Below, in pieces: positions 38,658-49,036 of a stretch of DNA of 64,000 nt; within the stretch, counting starts at the first letter, position 1, and every line of letters starts with the position of its first letter. Made by a program: the position numbers and the translations under genes. A model generated the notes under the pieces. The model saw only the letters and a program-made list of their open reading frames with translations, searched no databases and was not told the origin of the DNA. The stretch comes from Squalus acanthias (taxonomy: Eukaryota): the NCBI GenBank assembly GCA_030390025.1, contig JASTWF010000277.1:310001-374000 (forward strand), read 5' to 3'.

Positions 38658-38711
38658 TTGCGAAACCCGGGATTGAACCAGGGACTTTTAGATCTTCAGT
38701 CAAACGCACTC
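38658..38711 (-). pseudogene. tRNA-Phe 3' fragment
   Basis: gaaacccgggattgaaccagggacttttagatcttcagtc. Confidence 0.75.
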
Positions 38712-38714
38712 GGC

Positions 38715-39245
38715 ATATTTGTAGCCGGTCCGCCATGGCGGGTTGCAGCTCCCACAATGCAGCGCGGCAAGGAAAGGCCCCTATCTCTGTGACACTCTGG
38801 GAGCAGAGTTCGGACATGCACACCTCACCCACCCGATGAGCCGCCGCTTTCTCTCTGCGGCGCGGGACAAACTTTCAGTCTCTCGGTTCAGAGTGAGCGG
38901 TGATTTTGCTGGAAACTGACGTCACTTTTCTTTTTAATTGCGCGGTTTCATGGACGTAAAAAGCGCGCATGCGCAGTGATCTGGGTCACACCAAAATGGC
39001 GGTCGGACGGCCGGTGACGCTCAAATCCGCGATGACGTCAGAGGGCCGCTGACTGGCGGTTTGACCAGGGGCCGAGGGTCAGGGGTCAGGGGGCGGCTCC
39101 AGCCCCGGTCAGAGAGAGAGGGCGGGCGCTGAGATTGGAGCCAGCCGGGGGCAACCTGCATTTCCCCAGCGCCTTTCACAGCCTCAGCCCGGCCCCGAGC
39201 CTCACACACAATGGGGGGATGGGAAGGGAGCTCACTCCAGGAAAA
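38715..39245. promoter_or_regulatory. CpG-rich Pol II promoter-like patch
   Basis: ZNF143/Staf-like gcagctcccacaatgcagcgcg (~38745), CRE TGACGTCA at 38917 and 39033, NRF1 GCGCATGCGC at 38965, YY1 AAAATGGCGG at 38993, and high CpG density. Confidence 0.6.
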
Positions 39246-39250
39246 GCGGC

Positions 39251-39940
39251 AGGCACTGTGGGCACAGCGAGATCCCACACACAGCACTGTGGGCACAGCA
39301 AGATCCCACACACAGTACTGTGGGCACAGCAAGATCCCACACACTGCACTGTGGGCACAGCAAGATCCCACACACAGCACTGTGGGCACAGCAAGATCCC
39401 ACACACAGCACTGTGGACACAGCAAGATCCCACACACAGCACTGTGGACACAGCAAGATCCCACACACAGCACTGTGGACACAGCAAGATCCCACACACA
39501 GCACTGTGAGCACAGCAAGATACCAAATACTGCACTGTGGGCACAGCAAGATCCCACACACAGCACTGTGGACACAGCAAGATCCCACACACAGCACTGT
39601 GGGCACAGCAAGATCCCACACACAGCACTGTGGACACAGCAAGATCCCTCACACAGCACTGTGGGCACAGCAAGATCCCACACACAGCACTGGGGACACA
39701 GCAAGATCCCACACACAGCACTGTGGACACAGCAAGATCCCACACACAGCACTTTGGGCACAGCAAGATCCCACACACAGCACTGTGGACACAGCAAGAT
39801 CCCTCACACAGCACTGTGGGCACAGCAAGATCCCACACACAGCACTGGGGACACAGCAAGATCCCACACACAGCACTGTGGACACAGCAAGATCCCACAC
39901 ACAGCACTTTGGGCACAGCAAGATCCCACACACAGCACTG
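39251..39940. repeat. 31-bp minisatellite (~22 copies)
   Basis: Unit CACTGTGGGCACAGCAAGATCCCACACACAG. Confidence 0.95.
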
Positions 39941-39956
39941 ATCAAAAGACAAAAAT

Positions 39957-40490
39957 TCAAGGTTCGTTCCATCCCTGGCCATAGCCTTTATTTTGATGCA
40001 CTTCCCAAGTCCCTTCGTGTCTGGAGCGGAGCTCCCCGTCCCTTCCCCTGCGCATTGTACACAGCAGGTAGAGAACTATCCCGAGCTGGCAGACCAACAA
40101 AAGATGGGAAGCCATCCTGATCCAGGAAGGCACCTCTATATTCTCGAAAATATCCCACCAGGGTGGAACTACTATATCCAAAATCTCTGCCCTTATTTCA
40201 ACTGTTTTCTGTTCCAGGGTGTAGAAATGTTTTTGTGAAATCTCTACAGCTTTAAGTAGGATGGTAAGATGTTCGGGTAGAGGGGGAATTTTATATCCAA
40301 AGTAAGTCACATACTTTTGCAGGTTGGTGATGTTTTCTGTTACAGTGAGGTGAACAGTGGAGGGTTCAGGAATGGGGACAATCGTTCCTGGGCCACTTGA
40401 ACTTCTGCCTTTGTATAAAGCAGAAACTGCTGTCACTTACCGGACACCAGAAGTGTCCATGCTGGTAGTGGAACGCACCTGTGGTGACAC
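39957..40490 (-). pseudogene. Endogenous viral env/F-like gene, C-terminal segment (heptad, Trp motif, transmembrane, tail)
   Basis: CVTTGAFHYQHGHFWCPVSDSSFCF, frameshift(s), then IVPIPEPSTVHL...LEQKTVEIRAEILDI..PPWWDIF...SHLLLVCQLGIVLYLLC. Confidence 0.7.
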
Positions 40491-40493
40491 AGT

Positions 40494-41235
40494 GGCCCAG
40501 AAATTGATCTCGCTCTGTGCCCGCGGGGGTAAGGGTTTCCCGCGATCTCTCACCTGGCTTGTGCTTTTTCAGATCCAGCTCGCACGAACTTGATGTTCTA
40601 GAGATCAGCTGGGCAGTGCTTGCGTATCCCAGCGGCGTAGTGAATTCGTGCGAGCTGTGGGATCACGTGACTCAGTTAGAGCCAATGGCAGCACACCATC
40701 TCCCATTCATAAGTTTCACAGCACGGCAGTGAAATCTATGAATCTTACACCCCCCCAAAATAACAGCTAAACCTCAATTACATAAAAAAAAAACCATCAC
40801 ATTAATAAAATAAGTATAGTTAATTAAATTAACCATTTTAAATAAAAAATTAAATTTTTGAAAAAATTTAAAATCTTTTAAAAAGTTATAAAAATAAACT
40901 TACCTGTCTTTAAAGTCTCTAAAAAAGATATACCTGTTAAAAAAAATTCAAAAAAATACTTAATTCACTACTTACCTTCTTAAAAGTGGGTCTTACTCCT
41001 CCTTTTTATATTTCCAAAATCTTCCGTACTTACCTGCGCGTCCAAAGCATGAAGTGCACAGCGTGCGCGCAGCCTGTAGCACGCACGCGATGCACCGAGG
41101 TCCCGCCCCCTTTTCAGAAGAGCAATTGCCGGTTTTCACCGCATGCGCAGGGCATGCAGAAAACCGGCAATTGGAGTGGGAATACGCGAGAGTACGCAGT
41201 GCGTACTCTCGCGTCCCGGGATCAATTTTCGGCCC
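40494..41235. mobile_element. Harbinger-type MITE (742 bp) with 3-bp TSD
   Basis: TIRs ggcccagaaattgatctcg / cgggatcaattttcggccc with AGT on both sides (40491-93, 41236-38); removal restores the env frame. Confidence 0.85.
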
Positions 41236-41305
41236 AGTATGTTCCACCCCCTATATTTGCTACCTCTGGGGAAACATGGCCGTGTGCCATCACCTCCATG
41301 GTACA
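41236..41305 (-). pseudogene. Endogenous viral env/F-like gene, middle segment
   Basis: CTMEVMAHGHVSPEVANIGGGTY joins both neighbouring env segments in frame. Confidence 0.75.
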
Positions 41306-44300
41306 TAGAACATAGAACAGTACAGCACAGTACAGGCCCTTCGGCCCTCGATGTTGTGCCGAGCATTGTCCGAGACCAAGATCAAGCTATCACACTCCCT
41401 ATCACTCTGGTGTGCTCCATGTGCTTATCCAATAACCGCTTGAAAGTTCCTAAAGTGTCCGACTCCACTATCACAGCAGGCAGTCCATTCCACACCCCAA
41501 CCACTCTATGAGTAAAGAATCTACCTCGGACATCCCTTCTATATCTCACCCCATGCACCTTATAGTTATTCCCCCTTGTAACAGCTGCCTCTACCCGAGG
41601 AAATAGTCTCTGAACATCCACTCTATCTATCCCCCTCATCATCTTATAAACCTCTATTAAGTCGCCTCTCATCCTCCTCCGCTCTAAAGAGAAAAGCCCC
41701 AACTCCCTCAATCTTTCCTCATAAGACCTCCCCCCCAAACCAGGCAGCATCCTGGTAAATCTCCTTTGCACTCTTTCCAATGCTTCCACGTCCTTCCTAT
41801 AGTGAGGTGACCAGAACTGCACACAATATTCCAAATGTTGTCTCACCAAGGTCCTGTACAGTTGCAGCATAACCTCACGGTTCTTAAACTCAAACCCTCT
41901 GTTAATAAACGCCAACACACCATAGGCCTTCTTTACTGCTCTATCCACTTGAGTGGCAACCTTCAGAGATCTGTGGATATGAACCCCCAGATCCCTCTGC
42001 TCCTCCACGTTCCTCTGAACCCTGCCGTTGACCCTGTAATCCTTATTCAAATTTGCCCTACCAAAATGAATCACCTCGCACTTATCAGAGTTAAATTCCA
42101 TCTGCCATTTTTCGGCCCAGCTCTGCATCCTATCAATGTCTCTTTGCAGCCTACAACAGCCCTCCACCTCATCCACTGCTCCACCAATCTTGGTGTCATC
42201 AGCAAATTTACTGATCCACCCTTCAGTCCCCTCTTCCAAGTCATTGATAAAAATCACAAACAGCAGAGGACCCAGCACCGACCCCTGTGGCACACCGCTG
42301 GTAACTGGTCTCCAGTCCGAAAATGTTCCATCCACCACCACCCTCTGCCTTCTATGAGATAGCCAGTTACTTATCCAATCGGCCAAATTTCCCTCTATCC
42401 CACAACTCCGTACTTTCTTCATGAGCCGACCATGGGGTACATTATGAAACGCCTTACTAAAATCCATGTATACGACATCAACTGCTCTACCTTCATCTAC
42501 ACACTTAGTTACCTCCTCAAAGAATTCAATCAAATTTGTTAGGCAAGACTTACCCTTCACGAATCCGTGTTGACTATCCCTGATTAAGTTGCCTCTTTCC
42601 AAATGATCATAAATCCTATCCCTCAGGACCTTTTCCATTATCTTACCAACCACCGAAGTAAGACTAACCGGCCTATAATTACCAGGGTCATTCCTATTTC
42701 CTTTCTTGAAGAGAGGAACAACATTCGCCACTCTCCAGTCCTCTGGCACCATTCCCGTGGACAGTGAGGACCCAAAGATCAAAGCCAGAGGCTCTGCAAT
42801 CTCCTCCCTTGCCTCCCAAAGAATCCTAGGATATATCCCATCTGGCCCAGGGGACTTATCGACCCTCAGGTTCTTCAAAATTGCTAAAACATCTTCCCTC
42901 AGAACATCTACCACCTCCAGCCTATCCACCTTTATCACACTCTCATCCTCAAGAACATGGCCCCTCTCCTCGGTGAACACTGACGAAAAGTATTCATTCA
43001 TCACCTCTCCTATCTCTTCTGACTCCATGCACAAGTTCCCACTACTGTCCTTGACCGGCCCTACCCTCACCCTGGTCATTCTTTTATTTCTCACATAAGA
43101 GTAAAATGCCTTGGGGTTTTTCTTGATCCGACCCGCCAAGGACTTCTCATGCCCACTCCTAGCTCTCCTAAGCTCTTTTTTTAGCTCATTCCTTGCTACC
43201 TTGTACCCCTCAATCGACCCAACTGAACCTTGTTTTCTCATCCTTACATACGCTTCCTTTTTCCTCTTGACTAGACATTCAACCTCTTTTGTGAACCATG
43301 GTTCTCTCACTCGGCCATTTCCTCCCTGCCTGACAGGGACATACCTATCAAGGACACGCAGTAATTGCTCCATGAAAAAGCTCCACTTTTCGTTTGTTCC
43401 TTTCCCTGATAGTTTCTGTTCCCATCTTATACTCCCTAATTCTTGCCTAATCGCATCATAATTACCCCTCCCCCAAGTATAAACCCTGCCCTGCCGTATG
43501 GCCCTATCCCTCTCCATTGCAATAGTGAACGTTACCGAATTGTGGTCACTATCTCCAAAGTGCTCTCCCACATACAAATCAAACACTTGGCCCGGTTCAT
43601 TACCCAGTACCAAATCCAACGTGGCCCCAGCTCTTGTCGGCCTATCCACATATTGTGTCAGGAAACCCTCCTGCACACACTGTGCAAAAACTATCCCATC
43701 CGAACTGTTTGACCTATAAAGGTTCCAATCAATATTTGGAAAGTTGAAGTCACCCATGACAACTACTCTGTGACTTCCAAACCTAATCATAATCTGCTTT
43801 GCAATTTCTTCCTCCACATCTCTATTACTATTTGGGGGCCTGTAGAAAACTCCTAACAACGTGACCGCTCCTTTCCTATTTCTAACTTCAGCCCATATTA
43901 CCTCAGACGGCAGATCCCCCTCGAACTGCCTTTCTGCCGCTGTTAAACTATCCTTGATTAACAATGCTACTCCTCCACCTTTCTTACCAACTTCCCTACT
44001 CTTACTGAAACATCTGTACCCCGGAACTTCCAACAACCATTCCTGTCCCTGTTCTAACCATGTCTCCGTAATGGCCACCACATCGTAGTCCCAAGTACCA
44101 ATCCACGCTCCAAGTTCTCCTACCTTATTCCGGATGCTCCTTGCATTGAAGTAGACACACTTCAAGCCATCTTCCTGTCTGCCGGTACATTCCTGCGACG
44201 ATGATACCCTCCTCAGTACCTCCCTACACTCACCACTGGCTCCTGGACTACAGCCCTTTTTCCCATCCCGCTGACAAATTAGTTTAAACCCCCCCGAAGA

Positions 44301-44646
44301 GCCGTAGCAAATTTCCCTCCCAGGATATTGGTGCCCCTCTGGTTCAGGTGCAAACCGTCCTGTTTGTACAGGTCCCACCTTCCCCAGAATGTGCTCCAAT
44401 TATCCACATAACTGAAACCCTCCCCGCTATACCATCCCTGCAGCCACGTGTTTATCTGCACTCTCTCCCTGTTCCTCAACTCGCTAGCACGTGGCACCGG
44501 CAACAAACCAGAAATGACAACATGGTTTGTACTGGCTCTCAGCTTCCAACCTAGCTCCCTAAATTCCTGTTTTAAATCCCCGTCCCTTCTCCTACCTATG
44601 TCGTTGGTACCGATGTGTACCACGACTTGTGATTGTTCCCCCTCCC
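41306..44646 (-). mobile_element. Young CR1 LINE: 3' part of ORF1 (SGNH esterase) plus open ORF2
   Basis: ORF1 VVHIGTND...DGLHLN (44279-44646); ORF2 open to the stop at 41382; short 3'UTR and (ttctatg)n tail. Confidence 0.95.
41382..44278 (-). CDS. CR1 ORF2 endonuclease/reverse transcriptase; no stops or frameshifts (true start uncertain)
   Basis: YFNARSIRNK, AITETWL, MGDFN and SDH (APE); [22 protein letters not shown] and FADD (RT). Confidence 0.9.
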
Positions 44647-45370
44647 CAATTGATAGGTCGTGCGCCAGCAGCTCTGAACCCGCATTGCAGTTTCGAATAG
44701 GCGTTCAAGTGCTGGGGACACATTATTATGTGTGAACCCCGGCTCCGGCACCCGGACAGGTCAGTACCTGTCATGGCGTGCTCCCACTTTATGACATAAT
44801 GTGGGACCGCTGTAAAACGTATGTGTGCACCCCCTTGAATGACTCCAATGTTCTCCACCCTGTATACCGGTACGGGTCGGGCTGTCCCACTCATGACCGG
44901 CATTCTCACTACTATCCCCATGATAGTCTGATTTGAACGCCCACAATATATTGGGACAGGGTAGGCTTCAGAGGCTAGATGAAATTGGCATGGGCTCAGC
45001 GAATTACTAAACGGGTGGAGGGCTGCGAGGTGCTTGTTGCTGATCCAGGAGGGGACTAAACCTTGCTTTAAATCCTCCAGGTTGCTACGGCCCTCGCCCT
45101 GCAACCATGCCCCGTACAGCACACACACCTCATTCTGTGCAGCCTGATCCGATGCATTCCTATCCTCCCGTATGAGTGCATTTACTGTTTTGGCATGCCT
45201 TTCCAATTCTGCAATAATTTCCTTTAAATGAACCGACATAGCTTGGTCCTCATGTAGCTCTGAGCCTACCACTGTGTTCCCATCCTTCAGGATCTTCCTT
45301 AACTGGGTTTTTGAAACATTTATCTCTGTCTGTAATTCCATGTCAGCCAGTCTATTTATGACAGAGGACT
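44647..45370 (-). pseudogene. Endogenous viral env/F-like gene, ectodomain segment
   Basis: Open ~235 codons: a heptad-like helix, then VRMPVM..PVYRVENIG..VPHYV..DLSGC..IMCP..QCG..PIN, a cysteine spacing reminiscent of paramyxovirus F1. Confidence 0.7.
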
Positions 45371-45379
45371 AACCCATTT

Positions 45380-45537
45380 GTCTCATCCAAAAGACGGCAC
45401 CTGCGACAGTGCTGCACTCTCTCAGCACCACTCTGCAGTGTCAGCCTGGATTTTGTGCTTAACTCTCTGGAGGGGTGCTTGAACACACAACCTTTATGAT
45501 TCTAGAAGCGCGAGCGTGTTACCAATGAGCCAAGGCC
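45380..45537 (-). mobile_element. tRNA-derived SINE (DeuSINE/SacSINE1-like) 5' part
   Basis: ctcatccaaaagacggcacctgcgacagtgctgcact core plus a tRNA-like head. Confidence 0.65.
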
Positions 45538-45869
45538 GACACTGAGTACTTCAGAATGGTCCTTAATTCTTCCGTCCCCTAACCCGATGTGTCTTTCTTC
45601 CACAGGAGAAGTCATGCCGGAACTTCCAGGAATTTTGAGAAGGAATTTTGACCGGATATGAAATGTTCCGGAGAATACTTCATTCCGACTGGAAACTGCT
45701 TTGGATGATCACATGGCCGGGAGACATCGAGACAATTCGATGAGACTGTGAAGGACGTCCAGTGAAATCATGGACATGGCGAGCAACGGTCTGAATGTAA
45801 CTGGGGGATCCCCGGGGTAATGGCCACTCTGTTCAGGTGGGCAGTTTAAAAGGAAGTGGAACATGCGGG

Positions 45870-46905
45870 GAGAAAGTTGGCGGAGGACAGGAAACAGAGG
45901 GTCAGCGTTAATGGGAGTTGCTCAGATTGGTGAAGGGTTGGAATTGGTTACCCCAGGGGTCAGTGCTGGGCCCACTTTTCTTCTCCGTATACAGAGACTG
46001 TTCGGATTTAGGAATCAGGAGCACAATCTGAACATTTGCTGATGGCACAAAAGTAGGAGGTTTGACAAACAGTAATGAGACTGTAAATGTGTTCAGGAAG
46101 ACATTGTGCAGAAAAGAAAAAATCAACCTGTCACTCAATTATTTTGGTCTTAAATTGATATCATCTAGTTACCGACTCACGAACCAGTGGGGATAGTTTT
46201 TTTCTGTTACTTCATTAAAAACCCCCTCAAAATGTTGAACCCCTCTATCTGGTCTCCTTTTCAACTTCTCTACTCTTAAGAAAAGTTATGTGAAGACTCC
46301 CGTCCTTGGGATCATCTTAGTTAATCTCTTCTGCACCTCTCCATGGCCTTGACATTCTTACTAAAATAATGCAACAAAAACTGGAGACAATATTCTGACT
46401 GTGGCCGAACCAATGATTTGTCCAGGTGTAGCTTTAACTCTGCTTTTATACTCTATGTCCTTATTTATAATTCCTCGGATCTCATGTGGAATTTTGTAAA
46501 ACAGCTTTATCAACTTGCCTCCCACATTTAAAGATTTGTCTATCTGAATCCCTGAATCTCTCTGCTCCTCCACTCCTTTTACAGATTTATCGTATAGTGT
46601 CAATTTCCTCTCCTTATTCTTCTCACCTCACATCTCTCTGCATTAATTTCCATCTGACATCTACCTGTCCAATCTGCGCATCTGTCTATCTCCTCCTGAA
46701 GTTCTCTACAGTCCTCTTCATGGTTAACCTCACTCCTTATCTTTGTGGAAGCTGCAATGTTTGTTATTGTGACCTCAACACCCAAATTCAGGTCAATCAT
46801 AACCACATATATTGAGAAAAGCAATGGTGCCCACACTGACGCCTGGGGATCACCACTGTTTAAATTCTTCCAGTGCAAGAAACAGCTGTTAACCACAACT
46901 CTCAG
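45870..46905. mobile_element. Old CR1 fragments on both strands
   Basis: PQGSVLGP-like and MEINAERCEV remnants. Confidence 0.7.
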
Positions 46906-47189
46906 TTTTTTTGTGATTCACCCATCCTGTCTCTCTCTCTCTCTCTCGCTCTCTCGGACTCTCGCTCTCTCTCTTTCTCCTTTCCAACCTCTCATGTTCT
47001 TTATCCCTCAGTTCTCGAGTACAAACAGTCTCTTTACCCCTTTTCTCCCTCCTCATCATTAAAAAGTGTTTCTCCCCATTGTCGCCCAAAGTCTCTGTTC
47101 TTCTCACTCTTGTATGCACACCTTCTCTCTCCCTCCCTCTCTCACTCGCTCCCTCCCTTTCCGACCCTCCCTCATTCCCATGCTCATTC

Positions 47190-48536
47190 TCACACACAGC
47201 CTCTGAGTCTCACTCTCTCTCACACTGTCTCTCTGAGTCTCACTCTCTCACACACCGTCTCTCTCAGACTCACTCTCTCACACTGTCTCTCTCAGACTCA
47301 CTCTCTCACACACTCTCTCTCTCTCAGACTCTCTCTCACATACTGTCTCTCTCAGACTCACTCTCTCACACTGTCTCTCTCAAACTCTCTCTCACACACT
47401 GTCTCTCTCAGACTGTCACACACTGTCTCTCTCAGACTCACTCTCACACACACTGTCTCTCTCAGACTCTAACACACTATCTCTCTCAGACTCTCTCACA
47501 TACTGTCTCTCTCAGACTCTCTCACACTGTCTCTCTCAGATTCTCTCTCAAACTGTCTCTCTCAGACTCACTCTCTCACACACATTGTCTCTCTCAGACT
47601 CTCTCTCACACACTGTCTCTCTCAGACTCTCACACTATCTCTCTCCGACTCACTCTCTCACACACTGTCTCTCTCAGAATCAGTATCTCACACTCTCTCT
47701 CAGATTCACGCTCACACTCTCAGATACACTCTCTCAAACACTGTCTCTCTCTCACACTCACTCTCTCACACACTGTCTCTCTCAGACTCACTCTCACACA
47801 CTCTCTCACACACTGTCTCTCTCAGACTCTCTCACACACTGTCTCTCTCAGACTCACTCTCTCACACACTGTCTCTCTCAGACTTTCTCTCACACTGTCT
47901 CTCTCAGACTCACTCTCTCTCACACATTGTCTCTCTCAGACTCACTCTCTCACATACTGTCTCTCTCAGACTCACTCTCTCACACTGTCTCTCTCAGACT
48001 CTCTCTCACACACTGTCTCTCTCAGACTCACTCTCTCACATACTGTCTCTCTCAGACTCACTCTCTCACAGTGTCTCTCTCAGACTCTCTCTCTCTCACA
48101 CTGTCTCTCTCAGACTCACTCTCTCACCCACCATCTCTCTCAGACTCAATATCACACACACTGTCTCTCAGTCTCTCTCAAACTGTCTCTCTCAGATTCA
48201 CTCTCTCACACTGTCTCTCTCAGACTCACTCTCTCACACACCGTCTCTCTCAGACTCACTCTCTCACACACTGTCTCTCTCAGACTCACACTCTCACATT
48301 GTCTCTCTCAGACTCTCTCTCTCACACACTGTCTCTCTCAGACTCACTCTCTCACCCACCATCTCTCTCACACTCACTCTCACACACACTGTCTCTCAGA
48401 CTCTCTCACACTGCTCTTTCAGACTCACTCTCTCACACTGTCTCTCTCAGACTCACTCTCCCACACACCATCTCTCACAGAATCACTCTCACACTGGCTC
48501 TCTCACACACTGTCTGTCTCAGACTCACCCTCGCAC
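47190..48536. repeat. CT/CA-rich satellite (~28-30 bp unit)
   Basis: CACACTGTCTCTCTCAGACTCACTCTCT repeated up to the gap. Confidence 0.95.
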
Positions 48537-49036
48537 NNNNNNNNNNNNNNNNNNNNNNNNNNNNNNNNNNNNNNNNNNNNNNNNNNNNNNNNNNNNNNNN
48601 NNNNNNNNNNNNNNNNNNNNNNNNNNNNNNNNNNNNNNNNNNNNNNNNNNNNNNNNNNNNNNNNNNNNNNNNNNNNNNNNNNNNNNNNNNNNNNNNNNNN
48701 NNNNNNNNNNNNNNNNNNNNNNNNNNNNNNNNNNNNNNNNNNNNNNNNNNNNNNNNNNNNNNNNNNNNNNNNNNNNNNNNNNNNNNNNNNNNNNNNNNNN
48801 NNNNNNNNNNNNNNNNNNNNNNNNNNNNNNNNNNNNNNNNNNNNNNNNNNNNNNNNNNNNNNNNNNNNNNNNNNNNNNNNNNNNNNNNNNNNNNNNNNNN
48901 NNNNNNNNNNNNNNNNNNNNNNNNNNNNNNNNNNNNNNNNNNNNNNNNNNNNNNNNNNNNNNNNNNNNNNNNNNNNNNNNNNNNNNNNNNNNNNNNNNNN
49001 NNNNNNNNNNNNNNNNNNNNNNNNNNNNNNNNNNNN
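48537..49036. other. Assembly gap (500 N)
   Basis: Run of N; the round length suggests a scaffolding placeholder. Confidence 0.99.

Noticed and set aside
39251-39940. CRISPR-like array or RSS array (CACTGTG heptamer in most units)
   Set aside because: Units are contiguous with no unique spacers and the context is eukaryotic. No ACAAAAACC-like nonamer lies 12 or 23 bp from the heptamers.
44279-44399. N-terminal ~40 aa of the 1005-aa ORF
   Set aside because: It overlaps CR1 ORF1 in another frame and is not part of the true ORF2.
45606-45820. Possible exon after the strong acceptor tctttcttccacag
   Set aside because: Stops occur in all three frames and I recognise no domain; it is not Ig Cmu1-like.
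48537-49036. Physical linkage of the tRNA cluster and env fossil to the IgM pseudogene
   Set aside because: They are separated by a scaffold gap of unknown true size, so adjacency is not established.
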